A DNA stretch of 64,000 nucleotides from Octopus sinensis (GCF_006345805.1 NC_043007.1:33356001-33420000); one strand, 5' to 3'. Positions 14,749 to 28,033 are shown, numbered from the stretch's first letter. Numbers and translations are program-made. Notes: generated by a model from the letters alone, not told the origin.

Positions 14749-14904
14749 GAAGCTGAGATGTTACACCAGGCTCCAGTCTGATCTGGCAGTATTTCTACAG
14801 CTGGATGCCTTTCCTAACACCAACACTCCATGAGTGTAGTGGGTGCTTTTTACATGTTACCGGCACAGGGGCCACATGAGGCTGGCAACGGCCATACACA
14901 CACA

Positions 14905-14940
<36 letters not shown>

Positions 14941-14977
14941 CGCACACACACACACACACACAAATACATATGAAAGA

Positions 14978-15157
14978 TCACTAGCCACTACACATTCTTT
15001 ATTATCTCTTCTTGTTTCTTTTTGTGTTCCTTTCTGTGGAAGAGCGTAGTCTCGAACCATTAAAGATTTTTCCACTTCCTGAGCGTTATACTAATACATC
15101 TGTTTGTTGTCAACACCACCTGTCTTCGTCTTTTGTTGTTTTTTTTTGTGAATTCTC

Positions 15158-15158
<1 letters not shown>
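14978..15158 (+). mobile_element. About 180-bp (TA)n-anchored element (probable solo or non-autonomous PLE terminal repeat) with a degenerate minimal hammerhead at 15030-15065
   Basis: Homologous to 21316-21496 and 45700-45901. Motif CTTT-CTGTGGA-A-GAGC GTAG TCTC-GAACCATT-AAAG; the 3' end abuts (TA)n. Confidence 0.6.
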
Positions 15159-15189
<31 letters not shown>

Positions 15190-15192
<3 letters not shown>

Positions 15193-15418
15193 TGTATATC
15201 ATCATCATCATTTAACATCTGTTTTGCATCTTGTCATGGGTTGGGGGGATAGTAGTTTGACAGAATCAGGCAAGGCCAGGAACCACACTAGGTTCCACTG
15301 TCTATGTTGGTATGGCTTCTACAGCTACAAGTTCTTCCTATCATCAACCACATTACAGAGGGTACTGAGTGCTTTTTATGTGGCAGCAGCAGCACTTGCA
15401 CTTTTAATATGGCACCAG

Positions 15419-15449
<31 letters not shown>

Positions 15450-15723
15450 GGTGTGTGTGAGTGTCTAAGAAAGGGATAGTATTATTGAAATGCTATCACA
15501 TGTGGCAAGCAAGTTTATCAGCTGTACAGGTAAATTAATAAAATACATAGACTATATATATATATACATGAAGGTAAAATATGAACACCTACATTGCTAA
15601 AAATAGAAGTCAAAAATACTTCTGTACCACAGTAAGTCTGCAAAAAAGAAGCAAACAAAAATGTCTGGTCATGGCTGGAATGCCTTTGATCATAGAGCAG
15701 ATCTATCAGAACTACCCTATGAT

Positions 15724-15754
<31 letters not shown>

Positions 15755-16480
15755 CAACAACGACAACAATGACGACAACAACAAGAACTAGTACTATATT
15801 TGTTTGCAAGCCAAACCACATAAGTCTGAGAATATATCAGAATGTAATCGAGACGGAATAGCTATAAGCTGTCTTTAGTATATGGTTAATTGAAATTCTC
15901 TACACTTGATAACACATAGGTTAACATTATTTGCAGAATATACTAAATACAATGCAGCAATTCAGTTAAAGAACCCTTAGAACGATCGACTGAATGAAAA
16001 CTGTAAGATTAAGATAGATTTAGACATTGAATGAGTGAATTAGAATGGTAATATCTACACGCAAATCTAAGACTGGAAGAAACAAAAATAAAATACAATA
16101 TGATACAAAGCCAAATGGAGTAGAAAATTCGAAGAAAAAGGATTACAGTTGAACCAGATGTAGCTTAATGCCAGAAATTAGATAACGGTTATAAATATAG
16201 AAGCTATTCTAGTTGGTAAACTATGGCTTCGGTGTAATAAATTAGAAGTTAAGTAAATTGAAGAGATTTCGACTGGGAAATAGGAATGACAGTTAGATAT
16301 CTTTCACGGATTGAATAAATAGGCATGGCTGTGTGGTAAGACGTTTGGTTCTCAACCATTTGGTTATGGGTTCAGTCCCATCCAGTGTGTGGTACTTTGG
16401 GCAAGTGTCTTCTATGATAGGCTCATGTTGACAGTCTTGTGAATGAATCTGTTCAGTGGAAACTGAAAGAAGCCTGATAT

Positions 16481-16544
<64 letters not shown>

Positions 16545-17076
16545 ATATATATGTATATCATCATCATATTTAACATCTGTTTTGCATCTTGTCATGGGTT
16601 GGGGGGATAGTAGTTTGACAGAATCAGGCAAGGCCAGGAACCACACTAGGTTCCACTGTCTATGTTGGTATGGCTTCTACAGCTACAAGTTCTTCCTATC
16701 ATCAACCACATTACAGAGGGTACTGAGTGCTTTTTATGTGGCAGCAGCACTTGCACTTTTAATATGGCACCAGATATATGTGTGTGTGTGTGTGTGTGGG
16801 TGTGTGTGAGTGTCTAAGAAAGGGATAGTATTATTGAAATGCTATCACATGTGGCAAGCAAGTTTATCAGCTGTACAGGTAAATTAATAAAATACATAGA
16901 CTATATATATATATATACATGAAGGTAAAATATGAACACCTACATTGCTAAAAATAGAAGTCAAAAATACTTCTGTACCACAGTAAGTCTGCAAAAAAGA
17001 AGCAAACAAAAATGTTTGGTCATGGCTGGAATGCCTTTGATCATAGAGCAGATCTATCAGAACTACCCTATGATCC

Positions 17077-17108
<32 letters not shown>

Positions 17109-17825
17109 CAACGACAACAATGACGACAACAACAAGAACTAGTACTATATTTGTTTGCAAGCCAAACCACATAAGTCTGAGAATATATCAGAATGTAATC
17201 GAGACGGAATAGCTATAAGCTGTCTTTGGTATATGGTTAATTTGAAATTCTCTACACTTGATAACACATAGGTTAACATTATTTGCAGAATATACTAAAT
17301 ACAATGCAGCAATTCAGTTAAAGAACCCTTAGAACGATCGACTGAATGAAAACTGTAAGATTAAGATAGATTTAGACATTGAATGAGTGAATTAGAATGG
17401 TAATATCTACACGCAAATCTAAGACTGGAAGAAACAAAAATAAAATACAATATGATACAAAGCCAAATGGAGTAGAAAATTCGAAGAAAAAGGATTACAG
17501 TTGAACCAGATGTAGCTTAATGCCAGAAATTAGATAACGGTTATAAATATAGAAGCTATTCTAGTTGGTAAACTATGGCTTCGGTGTAATAAATTAGAAG
17601 TTAAGTAAATTGAAGAGATTTCGACTGGGAAATAGGAATGACAGTTAGATATCTTTCACGGATTGAATAAATAGGCATGGCTGTGTGGTAAGACGTTTGG
17701 TTCTCAACCATTTGGTTATGGGTTCAGTCCCATCCAGTGTGTGGTACTTTGGGCAAGTGTCTTCTATGATAGGCTCATGTTGACAGTCTTGTGAATGAAT
17801 CTGTTCAGTGGAAACTGAAAGAAGC

Positions 17826-17828
<3 letters not shown>
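15190..17828. repeat. Tandem duplication of about 1.35 kb (15192-16476 and 16551-17828)
   Basis: Offset 1351-1352 bp over most of its length; near-identical, with (TA)n at all three junctions. Confidence 0.97.
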
Positions 17829-17868
<40 letters not shown>

Positions 17869-17869
17869 C

Positions 17870-18252
17870 TGTGCCGGTGGCACATAAAAAGTACTATCCG
17901 AACATGGCTGATGCCAGCACCGCCTTGACTGGCTTCTGTGCCGGTGGCAAGTAAAAAGCACCATCCGAACGTGGCCAATGCCAGCGCCGCCTTGACTGGC
18001 TTCCGTGCCGGTATCACGTTAAAAGCACCAACCGATTGTGGCCACTGCCAGACTCCCCTGGCACCTGTGCCGGTGGCACGTAAAAAGCAACCACTACACT
18101 CGTGGAGTGGTTGGCATTAGGAAGGGCATCCAGCTGTAGAAATACTGCCAGATCAGACTGGAGCCTGGTGCAGCCTCCTGGCTTCCCAGACCCCGGTCGA
18201 ACCATCCAACCCGTGCTAGCACGGAAAACGAACGTTGAACGATGATGATGAT
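17870..18252 (+). mobile_element. Family C with four copies of an upstream ~67-bp module
   Basis: GTGCCGGT at 17871, 17938, 18005 and 18067, then the conserved 3' body and (GAT)n. Confidence 0.8.
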
Positions 18253-18620
18253 GTGTGTATATCTTTATGTTTGTGCTTGTGTTTGTTCCCATTGGTTGCT
18301 TGTTAACTGTTGTTGGTGTGTTTACCTGCCCATAACTTAGTGGTTTGACAAAAGAGAATGACTGAATAAGTATTAAGTTTATTAAAAAAAAAATGTACTA
18401 GTGTTGATTCACTCGACTGAAATATGTCCCAGTATGTTTAATGGTTGAAACCGGTAAAAGATAGAAGAAATAATGATATTCCAAGTTGCTAAGCCTGCAC
18501 TGGAGGTTGGTGTGTGTCTAGGTGTGTGTGAATGTGTATGTGAGCATGTCAATACACATGTGTTTGTGTGTGCATATATATTAAATCTCTGAGCAAGGTA
18601 TAAACAGTAGCTGCACGACA

Positions 18621-18773
18621 TCGTGAAGTATATTTGCCACTTAAATGTGGCTAACCCTTAAGTGTGTCAATAGCCAGCTGGAGGAGGTGTCCTCCTGGAG
18701 CTACAAGCTACAGTAACATCCACCCTTAAGGGTTAGCCACATTTAAGTAGCAAATGGCAAATATACTTCATGA
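18621..18773. mobile_element. About 150-bp MITE with long TIRs
   Basis: ATTTGCCACTTAAATGTGGCTAACCCTTAAG versus CTTAAGGGTTAGCCACATTTAAGTAGCAAAT (31 bp, 1 mismatch), extendable to TCGTGAAGTATATTTGCC / GGCAAATATACTTCATGA. Confidence 0.75.
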
Positions 18774-18774
18774 T

Positions 18775-19160
18775 TCATCATCATCATCATCGTTTAATGT
18801 CCGTTGGGTTGGACGGTTCGACCAGGGATCTGGGAAGCCAGGAGGCTGCACCAGGCTCCGGTCTTATCTGGCAATGTTTCTACAGCTGGATGCTCTTCCT
18901 AATGCCAACCACTCCGTGAGTATAGTGGGTGCTGGCCATTGCCAGCCTTCTTTGGCCCCTGTGCCAGTGACATGTAAAAAGCACCCGTTACACTCACGGA
19001 GCCGTTGGTGTTAGGAAGGGCACTCAGTTGTAGAAATACTGCCAGATTCGGCTGGAGCCTGGCGCAGCTTCCTGGCTTCCCAGACCCCAGTCGAACCGTC
19101 CAACCCAAGCTAGCATGGAAAAAAGACATTAAACTATGATGATGGTGGTGATGATGATGA
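18775..19160. mobile_element. Two family C copies in inverted, back-to-back arrangement
   Basis: Minus copy about 18777-18932 and plus copy about 18977-19143, with a spacer of about 45 nt. Confidence 0.75.
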
Positions 19161-19446
19161 TATATATGTAATTAAGATTCAGTTGAATAAGGTACTTAAA
19201 TATCAAAACTCTGTGCAGGAGTGTTGGTACCTGATATTCCTATTGTGTGTGTAGACAACACAACCTAGCTGAGTGAAGATATCTGCTTTCCGTAGGACAC
19301 ACATATACTTTATAAACTGGTGCTTTCTATAGTATCTCTGAAGCATGGATTCCAAGGTGTGTGAATAAAATATGAGTAACGAAGGAGTCACTTGAAACAT
19401 GAAACAGCCGTAATGAATTGACACCTGTATATCTTCGTTACTCATT

Positions 19447-19477
<31 letters not shown>

Positions 19478-19849
19478 CTATATATATTTATATCCACCCA
19501 CACATACATATACATACATACACAAATATTTGTTTGTGTGTGTGTTTACTTACATGTGTAGAAGTGATAAGCACTGATTCCGGGGTAGTGAATATTACAA
19601 AAGAGACGGGGGGGAGGAGGGGAAGCAAGTGTTGAGATACAACAGGGCATTGTGCTAAAGTATAGTTACCTATCCACCACATGCAGGTATGGAAAAGCAT
19701 ACATAAATGATCATGTATCTAGATATGTATTAATGTGAGTGTGCATGTATACATACATACATTAGACTCCCCCTATATATATATATCATCATCATAGTTT
19801 AACGTCCGCTTTCCATGCTAGCATGGGTTGGACCATATATATATATATA

Positions 19850-20345
19850 AATTAATCTAAGGATATACTAAGTATGTCTACCTGCTGGAAATAATAGTCC
19901 AAACTCTTATTTAAATTACCTAAATACACTGATAATAACTACAGAAATCAACTGTCCAAAGGCAAACAGGCTAATATAACGCTAGATAATTATAGAGTCA
20001 ATGATATCTTCTTGTGAATTATTTGCGCCTTATTGAAATTAATTTCTCACTGGTGGCTGCCAGGATTCGGTGCAAAATGAATCAGTTGCAGCGCAGACTT
20101 CAACATGATGGGTTGGGGCTCTCCTTCATGGTAATGCATGATGAGGAAGGTGAGGATATTATGCCAGTCGAGAAACCGACTTACATGAGTTCAAATACTT
20201 GAATGGTTGCTGAGAGATTGTCTAAGCCCGTTTGCCTTCAGACAGTTGATTTCTGTAGCTATTATCAGTATATTTTGGCAATTTAAATAAGTATTTTGAC
20301 TGTTATTTCCAGCAGGTAGACATCCTTAGTATGTCTCTTGTTTAA
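19850..20345. mobile_element. (TA)n-anchored fold-back element with ~115-bp imperfect inverted arms
   Basis: Arms at about 19861-19975 and 20222-20337, with a perfect 21-bp core ATGTCTACCTGCTGGAAATAA / TTATTTCCAGCAGGTAGACAT. Confidence 0.7.
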
Positions 20346-20659
20346 TTTTAATCTTACAGCTATTTAATGCGTTTTGGGGGCCTGAAATTGCCTGTGTTAT
20401 TGATTCTGTTGTTATCATTTTCAAATTGTTACACCAGATAATAAGAGAATCAATGATATCTTCACAAATATTTTCTCGTGAATTATTTTTTCCTCATAAA
20501 TTACTTGCTCCACACATACATACATGGACACACACACACACACATAAAGAATTATGAGGATAAGAAAGATTAACTTTCTTACCAAGTTCCAACATGCTTA
20601 TGCCAGGCAAAAAATATATATGTATATAATATATATATATAAATATATATATATGATAG

Positions 20660-21030
20660 GTTCCAGTGTGCTCAATGCCAGTTCTGCCTGACTGGCTCCT
20701 ATGTCCGTGGCATGTAAAAAACACCATTGAAGTATGACTGATGCCAGTGCTGCCTGACTGGCACTTGTGCTGGTGACACATAAAAAGCATCATTTGAACA
20801 TGGTTGATGCCAGTGTTGCCTGACTGGCTCCCATGCTGGTGGAATGTAAAAAACACTCACTACACTCTCAGAGTGGTTGGCATTAGGAAGGGCATCCATC
20901 CATAGAAACCTTGCCAGATGAGTTTAGAACCTGTTGCAACCTCCCAGCTTGCTAGTCCTCTGCCAAACCATCCAACCCATGCCAACATGTAAAGCAGATG
21001 TTAAACGAAGACGATGATGACGATGATGAT
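20660..21030 (+). mobile_element. Family C with degenerate upstream modules
   Basis: Repeated GATGCCAGTG(C/T)TGCCTGACTGGC modules, then the conserved body. Confidence 0.7.
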
Positions 21031-21315
21031 GTTCGGGTAAAGCTATATAATCATAAAATTATAGGTGCAGACATAGCTATGGGCATAAGAAGTTTGCATC
21101 CAAACCATGTAATCTTGGGTTTGGTCCCACTTCAAAGTGCAAGATGTCTTCTACTATAGCCCCAAGCCAACCAAAGACTTGTAACGAAATTTGGTTGATG
21201 GAAACAGAAAGAAACCTATTATATATATATATAATACTTATTTAAGCATTCATTATGTACTGGATCTTCCTCAGTGTTATACATACATACATATGTATAT
21301 ATATATACATAATAG

Positions 21316-21496
21316 ATCGGTAGCCACTACACACATTTTTTTTCTCTCCTTGATTTTTTTCTCTGTGGCCCTTTCTGTAGAAGAGCGTTGGCTCGAAACG
21401 TAAAAGACTTTTTCAATTCCTGAGCATTATACCAATACATCTGTTTGTTTTGTACACCACCTGTCTTCATCTTTTGTTTTTTTTCGTGAACTCTCC
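21316..21496 (+). mobile_element. Same (TA)n-anchored family; minimal hammerhead-like motif at 21371-21406
   Basis: CTTT-CTGTAGA-A-GAGC GTTG GCTC-GAAAC-GTA-AAAG; the 3' end abuts (TA)n. Confidence 0.65.
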
Positions 21497-21941
21497 TATA
21501 TATATATAATATATATATATATGTATGTGTTAGGTAAAATGAGACAACAAAGCCGAGGAAGCGTGAAATTTCTAGGACACTTATAAAGAGGAAGGTAATG
21601 TTACAGCTTTTTCTGGGATATGAGAGTTATTCCATCATCAGAGACAATAGAGTTCAATATAAGAAGTTAATTTCGAAAGGGGGAGATATAAGAATTATGA
21701 AGGGAAATATGAGAATAAAAATAAAGATATATATTGGATGTTACAGATGCAGTTCCATTATGCAAGGAAAGTGCTGGGTCTTCTGAATACCAAAACCTCT
21801 CATATTATTACACACACACACACACACATATGTAATAGGATTACAAATTGACTGGGGAAATACTTTAATGATCATTAATTTTGTCTAATTAACAAGGAGT
21901 CATATGAGAAAGAGAACATAAGATGTTCTCCCTCTTTCCCA

Positions 21942-21976
<35 letters not shown>

Positions 21977-22476
21977 CCCCATTCGTATGTGTGTGTGTGT
22001 GTGTGTGTGTCTGTGTGTTTGTACATGTTTGTATGTGTGTTTATGTGTGTTTATGTGAGATGAAACATAAATTAAATTTATATTTAATTGTGGAATTTGT
22101 ATTTGCATTGCATGCGGCATGATCTCAGGTTCTGTAGTCAAGCTAAATGAATCGTTGAAGGGTCCTTATAGCTATACTTAAAACCCCCATGTTAATGGAA
22201 TGCCAGCAAAGCTGTATTACAGAGAAGATTGTTTCCCAAACAAACAGTTCAACTTTGATTGCAATGCTATTTTTCTTCACAGCTGGTTAGACTTATATCT
22301 CCTCAATTCAGATACCCCTGGCCCCTTTTTTTTAATAACTCTTATCACTCATGCAACATGCAGTTCCACCAGCTCTGCATTGGCCATTGTTATTTCCAAA
22401 TCCTTTCTCTTAAGTACATTGGCATCCCACTGGAGATCTTTTTTTTTTGCCTTTTTGTTGAATGTTTTTTGTGTAG

Positions 22477-22564
22477 GAGTTGATGCACAATTATTCAAAT
22501 GAAATATTAATTGGTATCAAACTCACCAGACTGAAAGAACTTGCTTCTAGCCACTTCATACAGA
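22477..22564 (+). CDS. Candidate 88-bp coding exon
   Basis: Long T-rich tract ending gtgtag|G and donor A|gtcagt. Frame ELMHNYSNEILIGIKLTRLKELASSHFIQ is phase-compatible with 3490-3610. It could instead be a decayed retroelement fragment. Confidence 0.28.
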
Positions 22565-22965
22565 GTCAGTAAAAGAAGAGAGAAAGAGGTGAGATGGGGG
22601 AAAAGAAATTGGAGAAAGTGTCTTCTACAAGAAATTTGCCATGAGTAAAGCCATGTCACTAAAATTTCATAGAAGGAAATTGTATGGAATGTCCTCAAAG
22701 TAGGTACAATAATGGCTGTCTTACAAATTATCTTGGTCTGCTGGCTAAATCTCACTGAAATATTATATCCTACCTTTCTAGTAAAAATTCATTAATTAAA
22801 TAATAACATGTCATAAGAGAAAAAGACAGAGAGAGAGAGTGATACTCCAACTAGAGTCAGTGAATTATCATAACTGGAATAACTTCAAGCATAAGCCTGC
22901 TCTGTCAGAGCTGACCAGTGGTTAAAAAGTATAAGATTTGAATGCATGTATGTATTTATGTGTGT

Positions 22966-23024
<59 letters not shown>

Positions 23025-23446
23025 TATATATTCAATAGCTGCAAAATCAAAATTGATAAATTTGACTTGAACTTACTTAAACTACTTTAATAGAGCAAGT
23101 TGCAATTAATATATTTAATGTAATGAGAAAGTAAGATATAAAATTATGTGGTAGCTTTAAGACAGCATTAACTAAATAACTAGTGTTATATTTTTACTTT
23201 ATTTCAATAAGCAGGGGAGACAATTCTGGGTTGATTTCGATATTATTGTTCATCCTCAACAAAGTAGTGATGAGAGAACCACAACTAAGTAGACAAACAG
23301 TACTGTACATGAGATAACATGATAAATTACTGCTTTACTCCTTTACTCATTTCAGCCATGTGGCTGCGATCATGCTGGAGCACTAAATATATTTAAGAAA
23401 CACATAACTGGAATTAATTATTGAAAGATGTTATCTACTGGAAAAT

Positions 23447-23740
23447 CATCATCATCATCATCGTTTAAAGTCTGCTTTCCATGCTAGCATGGGTTGGACG
23501 GTTCATCTGGGGTCTGGGAAGCCAGGAGGCTGCACCAGGCCCAGTCTGATCTGGCAGTGTTTCTACAGCTGGATGCCCTTCCTAACGCCAACCACTCCAT
23601 GAGTGTAGTGGGTGCTATTTACGTGCCACCGGCCATGATTGGTTGGTGCTTTTTATGTGCCACCAGCATGGAGGCCAGTCGGGGCGGCACTGGCAACGGC
23701 CACATTCGGATGGTTCTCTTACATGCCACCGGCACTGATA
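23447..23740 (-). mobile_element. Family C retroposon
   Basis: Conserved body plus modules. Confidence 0.75.
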
Positions 23741-25503
23741 TCACAAAAAAAGAAAAAAACACTAGTTGAATTAATATCAACTTGGGGCTATGTTTTATTC
23801 TGTCTGAAAGTAAAAACAAGGTGGCCACTTACATTTGATCATAGAGTTACTAGATCATGGTTGACATGAGACTAAACAACAATTTCAGTTATGTCTATAC
23901 CATGTCTAAAAGTTAAGACAGAGTGGTTACAGCTGGAATATTTTTGATCCTGAATTTGCTAGCACATGATTCAGCAATAATAATAACCCCAAAAATGAAA
24001 CGATAATGAAATTCCAGTTTTAAAAAACTTGTTTGAACCTAATAAGTTGTAAACCTGAAATAAACTTCAAGAAACCTTGACCCAGGAATCACAAAATCAA
24101 CAAGTTTTGTTCTCTTTCTTTTATCTCCTCCATGTGACAGAAATTGCAGCCAAATCTTTTTGAAACCTCATTGCATGGTCTTCTGGGTAAAAGAGAGGTC
24201 ATCATCATCATTTGACATCCTCTTTTTCATGCCTGCATGGGTTAGATGGATTCTAATGTAGAATATTTTCTAAAACTGAATGCGCTTCCTGTCTTTAACC
24301 TTCATCTGTTTCCAAGTAAGGTAATATTTCCACATGCCTAGGCATGTTTTCATAGAATAATGGAAATGAAGAACATGTTTTTTTTGTAGTGGGGTTGATG
24401 GCCAAAACAGGCACAGCAGGACCGTAATAATGATCCTCTTATGGTGGGTGGAATCCCTTAGATTGGCAGAAGTAATGAAAGAGTTTTCCGTTGGAAGGTC
24501 TGTTTTACATAAGTATTACACTGTCCCCAAAGAAGACAGGGTACTCATGACTATGATCTAATTAAAGAGGGAAATGGCAATTCTTTTGTGGAGAGAGGGT
24601 CCCTAGGAAAGAAGGAATGAAAAGACTCGACTTGAATACTTGCAACATTACCCAGAGAAAAGATAGAAGAGCCAAAACTCAATTTAGAATGTCAATGGTT
24701 ATGTTTAGAAGCAGTTGAACTTCTGACTGAAATAAAAAACTTTTTCCATTCCTTTTTCAAATTGCTTATATTATTTGGCAGTTAGAACTCCGGAAAAAGG
24801 TGTCAGCATTTTTTCTTTTGGTGACAGAGGCAGAATTTGAACTCAGAATGCACTAAGCTGTATCAGAAATGTTAAGGAATCCCATCAAATGCCTTAACAA
24901 TTCCACCAATCAACCTCCCTGAACTTGGATGTTTATTTTTATTTTTTTTTTTTTTACCAATTCCAAAGGGATGAAGAGAAAAGTTGACCTCTGTAAGAAT
25001 TGAAATCTGAGCACAGAGAGCAAGAACAAATGCAGTAAGACATTCTAGCCAACACTCTAATGAATCTGCCAATATGCTACTTTCAATAATAATGATAATA
25101 ATAATCCTTTCTGCTATAGGCACAACGCCTGAAATTTGAGGGTAGGGGGCCAGTTGATTAGACCATCCCCAATTAACTGAACCCCCAAAAGAATGAAAGA
25201 CAAAGCCAGCCCCATTGGAATTTGAACTCAGAACGTAAATAATAATAGCAATTCCTTCTTTTTACTATAGGCACAAGGCCTGAAGTTTGGGGAGAGGAGA
25301 TATTCAATTACAGTGACCCCAGTGATTAACTGGTACTTCTTTTATTGACTTTGAAAGGATAAATGGCAAAGTCTACCTTGATAGAATTTGAACTCAGAAC
25401 ATAAACACAAATGAAATGCTTCTAAGCATTTTGTCTGATATGCTAATAATGATTCTAGCAGCTCACTGGTACTTTATTTTATAAACTCCAGAAGGATGAA
25501 CGA

Positions 25504-26130
25504 TAAAGTTGACCTTGTAGTAAAGATTGTTTGCCAACTAACATGGCAGTCCAGGTTTAGGACTAATATTACTGTAATTTAGCCTCAGGAAACATCGTTT
25601 CCAGCTGGCTATATGACACAATCTGTGTCCTTATATTTTCAAACAAGGGAATATAAGGACATGATCGTGTTGTATAGCCAGCCTCAATGTTGGCTTTCTT
25701 GAGTATGCTTTTATTGGCAATTCTATAAATGAAGACAGAACCACTTGATCTTAAGCAACTTCGGTTCATTTTGAAAGATCATTAACAAATTTTTTTAATA
25801 ACCCATCTTTAAGGCTTATCTGCCCTTCTAGCTCTGACATCAGTGTCCTTAGTAAAAGTATACTAGATAAATATGTTCCTACATTAATTAAAAAATTAAA
25901 ACTTAGTTTATGGTCCAATTCATCTATTTTGGAACAAGGGAATATAAGGACACAACTCGTGTCGTACAGCCAGCTGGAGACGATGTCTCCTGGGGCTAAA
26001 TTACAGCAATATTCGTCCTAAACCAGGACTGCCATGTTATATTGGCAAACAATCTTTACTACAAAGTACTGTTGCTGAATATCTCATGTTGTGAGATTTA
26101 AAAATAGCAATTTTCTAAAGTTGACCTTGT
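25504..26130. mobile_element. 612-bp fold-back insertion with a 15-bp target-site duplication, inside a decayed family A SINE
   Basis: TAAAGTTGACCTTGT at 25504-25518 and 26116-26130. About 125-bp inverted repeat, 25515-25640 versus 25930-26064. Confidence 0.7.
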
Positions 26131-26779
26131 TGTGATTTGAACCCATATTACAGAGAGCTGGAAAACATAACTGCAACACATTCTAACTAACACCTCTAAT
26201 GACTGCCAATTTATTGTCTATTTTGATTATAAGCCTGCCCAATCTTAACCTAGGGTTAAATAACACCAACAACTTGATAGTGGCAGTGAGGGCAAGGTTG
26301 GTTCATTTATGACTGTAAATAGAGAAGCAGCGTTCCGCATTATGTCAAGCTGGAATGTTGGAAAAAATATCTTAAAAATCTTTAATAGAGAAATAAGTGA
26401 AAGCACACAATGTCAAAATGTCTTTCATATTTTTTTTGCTTTGATATCTCTTTTTTTAATGTTTTTCTTTTCATTATTATTATTATTATTTATTTGTTGT
26501 TGGCCATTTAAAAAGATATCTGGGTGGGGTATTGTCTGTGTGAAATATGTATGCGTATATGTGTGCGTGTGTGTGTGTGTGTGTGTACATGTGTGTGTGT
26601 GTGTATGTGTGTGTGTGTGTGTGTGCATGTGTGTGTGTTGTGGTTGCTGATGTTTGACCTTATCGGGCCCCGGGGAACAAGTAAGTTGAATTTCGTGAGA
26701 CATTATTAGTAAATTAAGCCTCACAACATCTGAAATGTCACAGAATAAATAATATGTGTGTGTGTGTGAGTGTGTGTGT

Positions 26780-26811
<32 letters not shown>

Positions 26812-26874
26812 ATTTATATGCAAGTATTTATATCTATATCTATATATCTATCTTTATCTATCTATCTATATATA

Positions 26875-26905
<31 letters not shown>

Positions 26906-27631
26906 GATATATATAGATAGATAGATATATATATATTGCATATAAATACACACACATGTATATATGTATATGTATTTATGTGTGCGTGATATATTCACAT
27001 ACACATAAATACATATATGTATATGTTATACAAATAAACATTCACACACGTATATATATGCTACATATACGCATACCCATACACACACAAAATAGTGTTA
27101 TAATGACAACTTCTCTTTACACTTATCCACCCTGAATTTCTGCTACCAGTTAAGCTGCTAGAAATAGCAGCTAAATCTCTTTCAACCTACATCCAACTGC
27201 ATTTGAAAAGAAAAAAGCAAAAAAAGGTATGTTGGAAAATGTGGATCTGAGTTTCTTGCATATAGTAAAATGACAGAATAATCACAGCTGGAATGTCTTT
27301 AATCATAGGTCTGTTTCATCACAGTTGACCCAGGGTTAAACAATATCATCATCCACCATAACTAAACAGCTAAAGAGAGACCCTTTGTTTTGCCAAACAA
27401 CCTGCAAGAACTAGTAACCAAATTTCACTCAAATCGCACAGCGTACTGAAAGTTGAGTTGCATTGAGATATATATATATATAAAAAAAAAAAACCAAATG
27501 GGAAGGTCACAGATGGAATGCTTTTGAGGATAAGTCTACTCACTCAGACAGGACTTAAGACTAAACTTTGGTGGGCTTTGCACCCAGAACATAAACATAC
27601 AGAAAAAATTCACTGCAAAATATTTTATTCA

Positions 27632-28033
27632 AGGCACAGGAGTGGCTGTGTGGTAAGGAGCTTGCTTACCAACTGCATGGTTCTGGGTTTAGACCTGCTG
27701 CGTGGCACCTTGGGTAAGTGTCTTCTACTATAGCCTTGGGCTGACCAAAGCTATGTGAGTGGATTTGGTAGATGGAAACTGAAAGAAGCCCATCGTATAT
27801 ATGTATATGTATATATATGTGTGTGTGTGTTTGTGTGTCTGTGTTTGTCCCTCCCAACATCACTTGACAACCAATGCTGGTGTGTTTACGTCCCCATAAC
27901 TTAGCAGTTCGGCAAAAGAGACCAATGGAATAAGTACTAGGCTTCCAAAGAATAAGTCCTGGGGTTGATTTGCTTGACTAAAGGTGGTGCTCCAGCAAGG
28001 CCACAGTCAAATGACTGAAACAATTAAAAGAGT
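27632..28033 (+). mobile_element. SINE family B
   Basis: Full-length match. Confidence 0.85.

Noticed and set aside
24380-24700. Possible decayed LINE endonuclease fragment on the minus strand
   Set aside because: Only a vague GD..NGK..F resemblance with stops; not supportable without a profile search.
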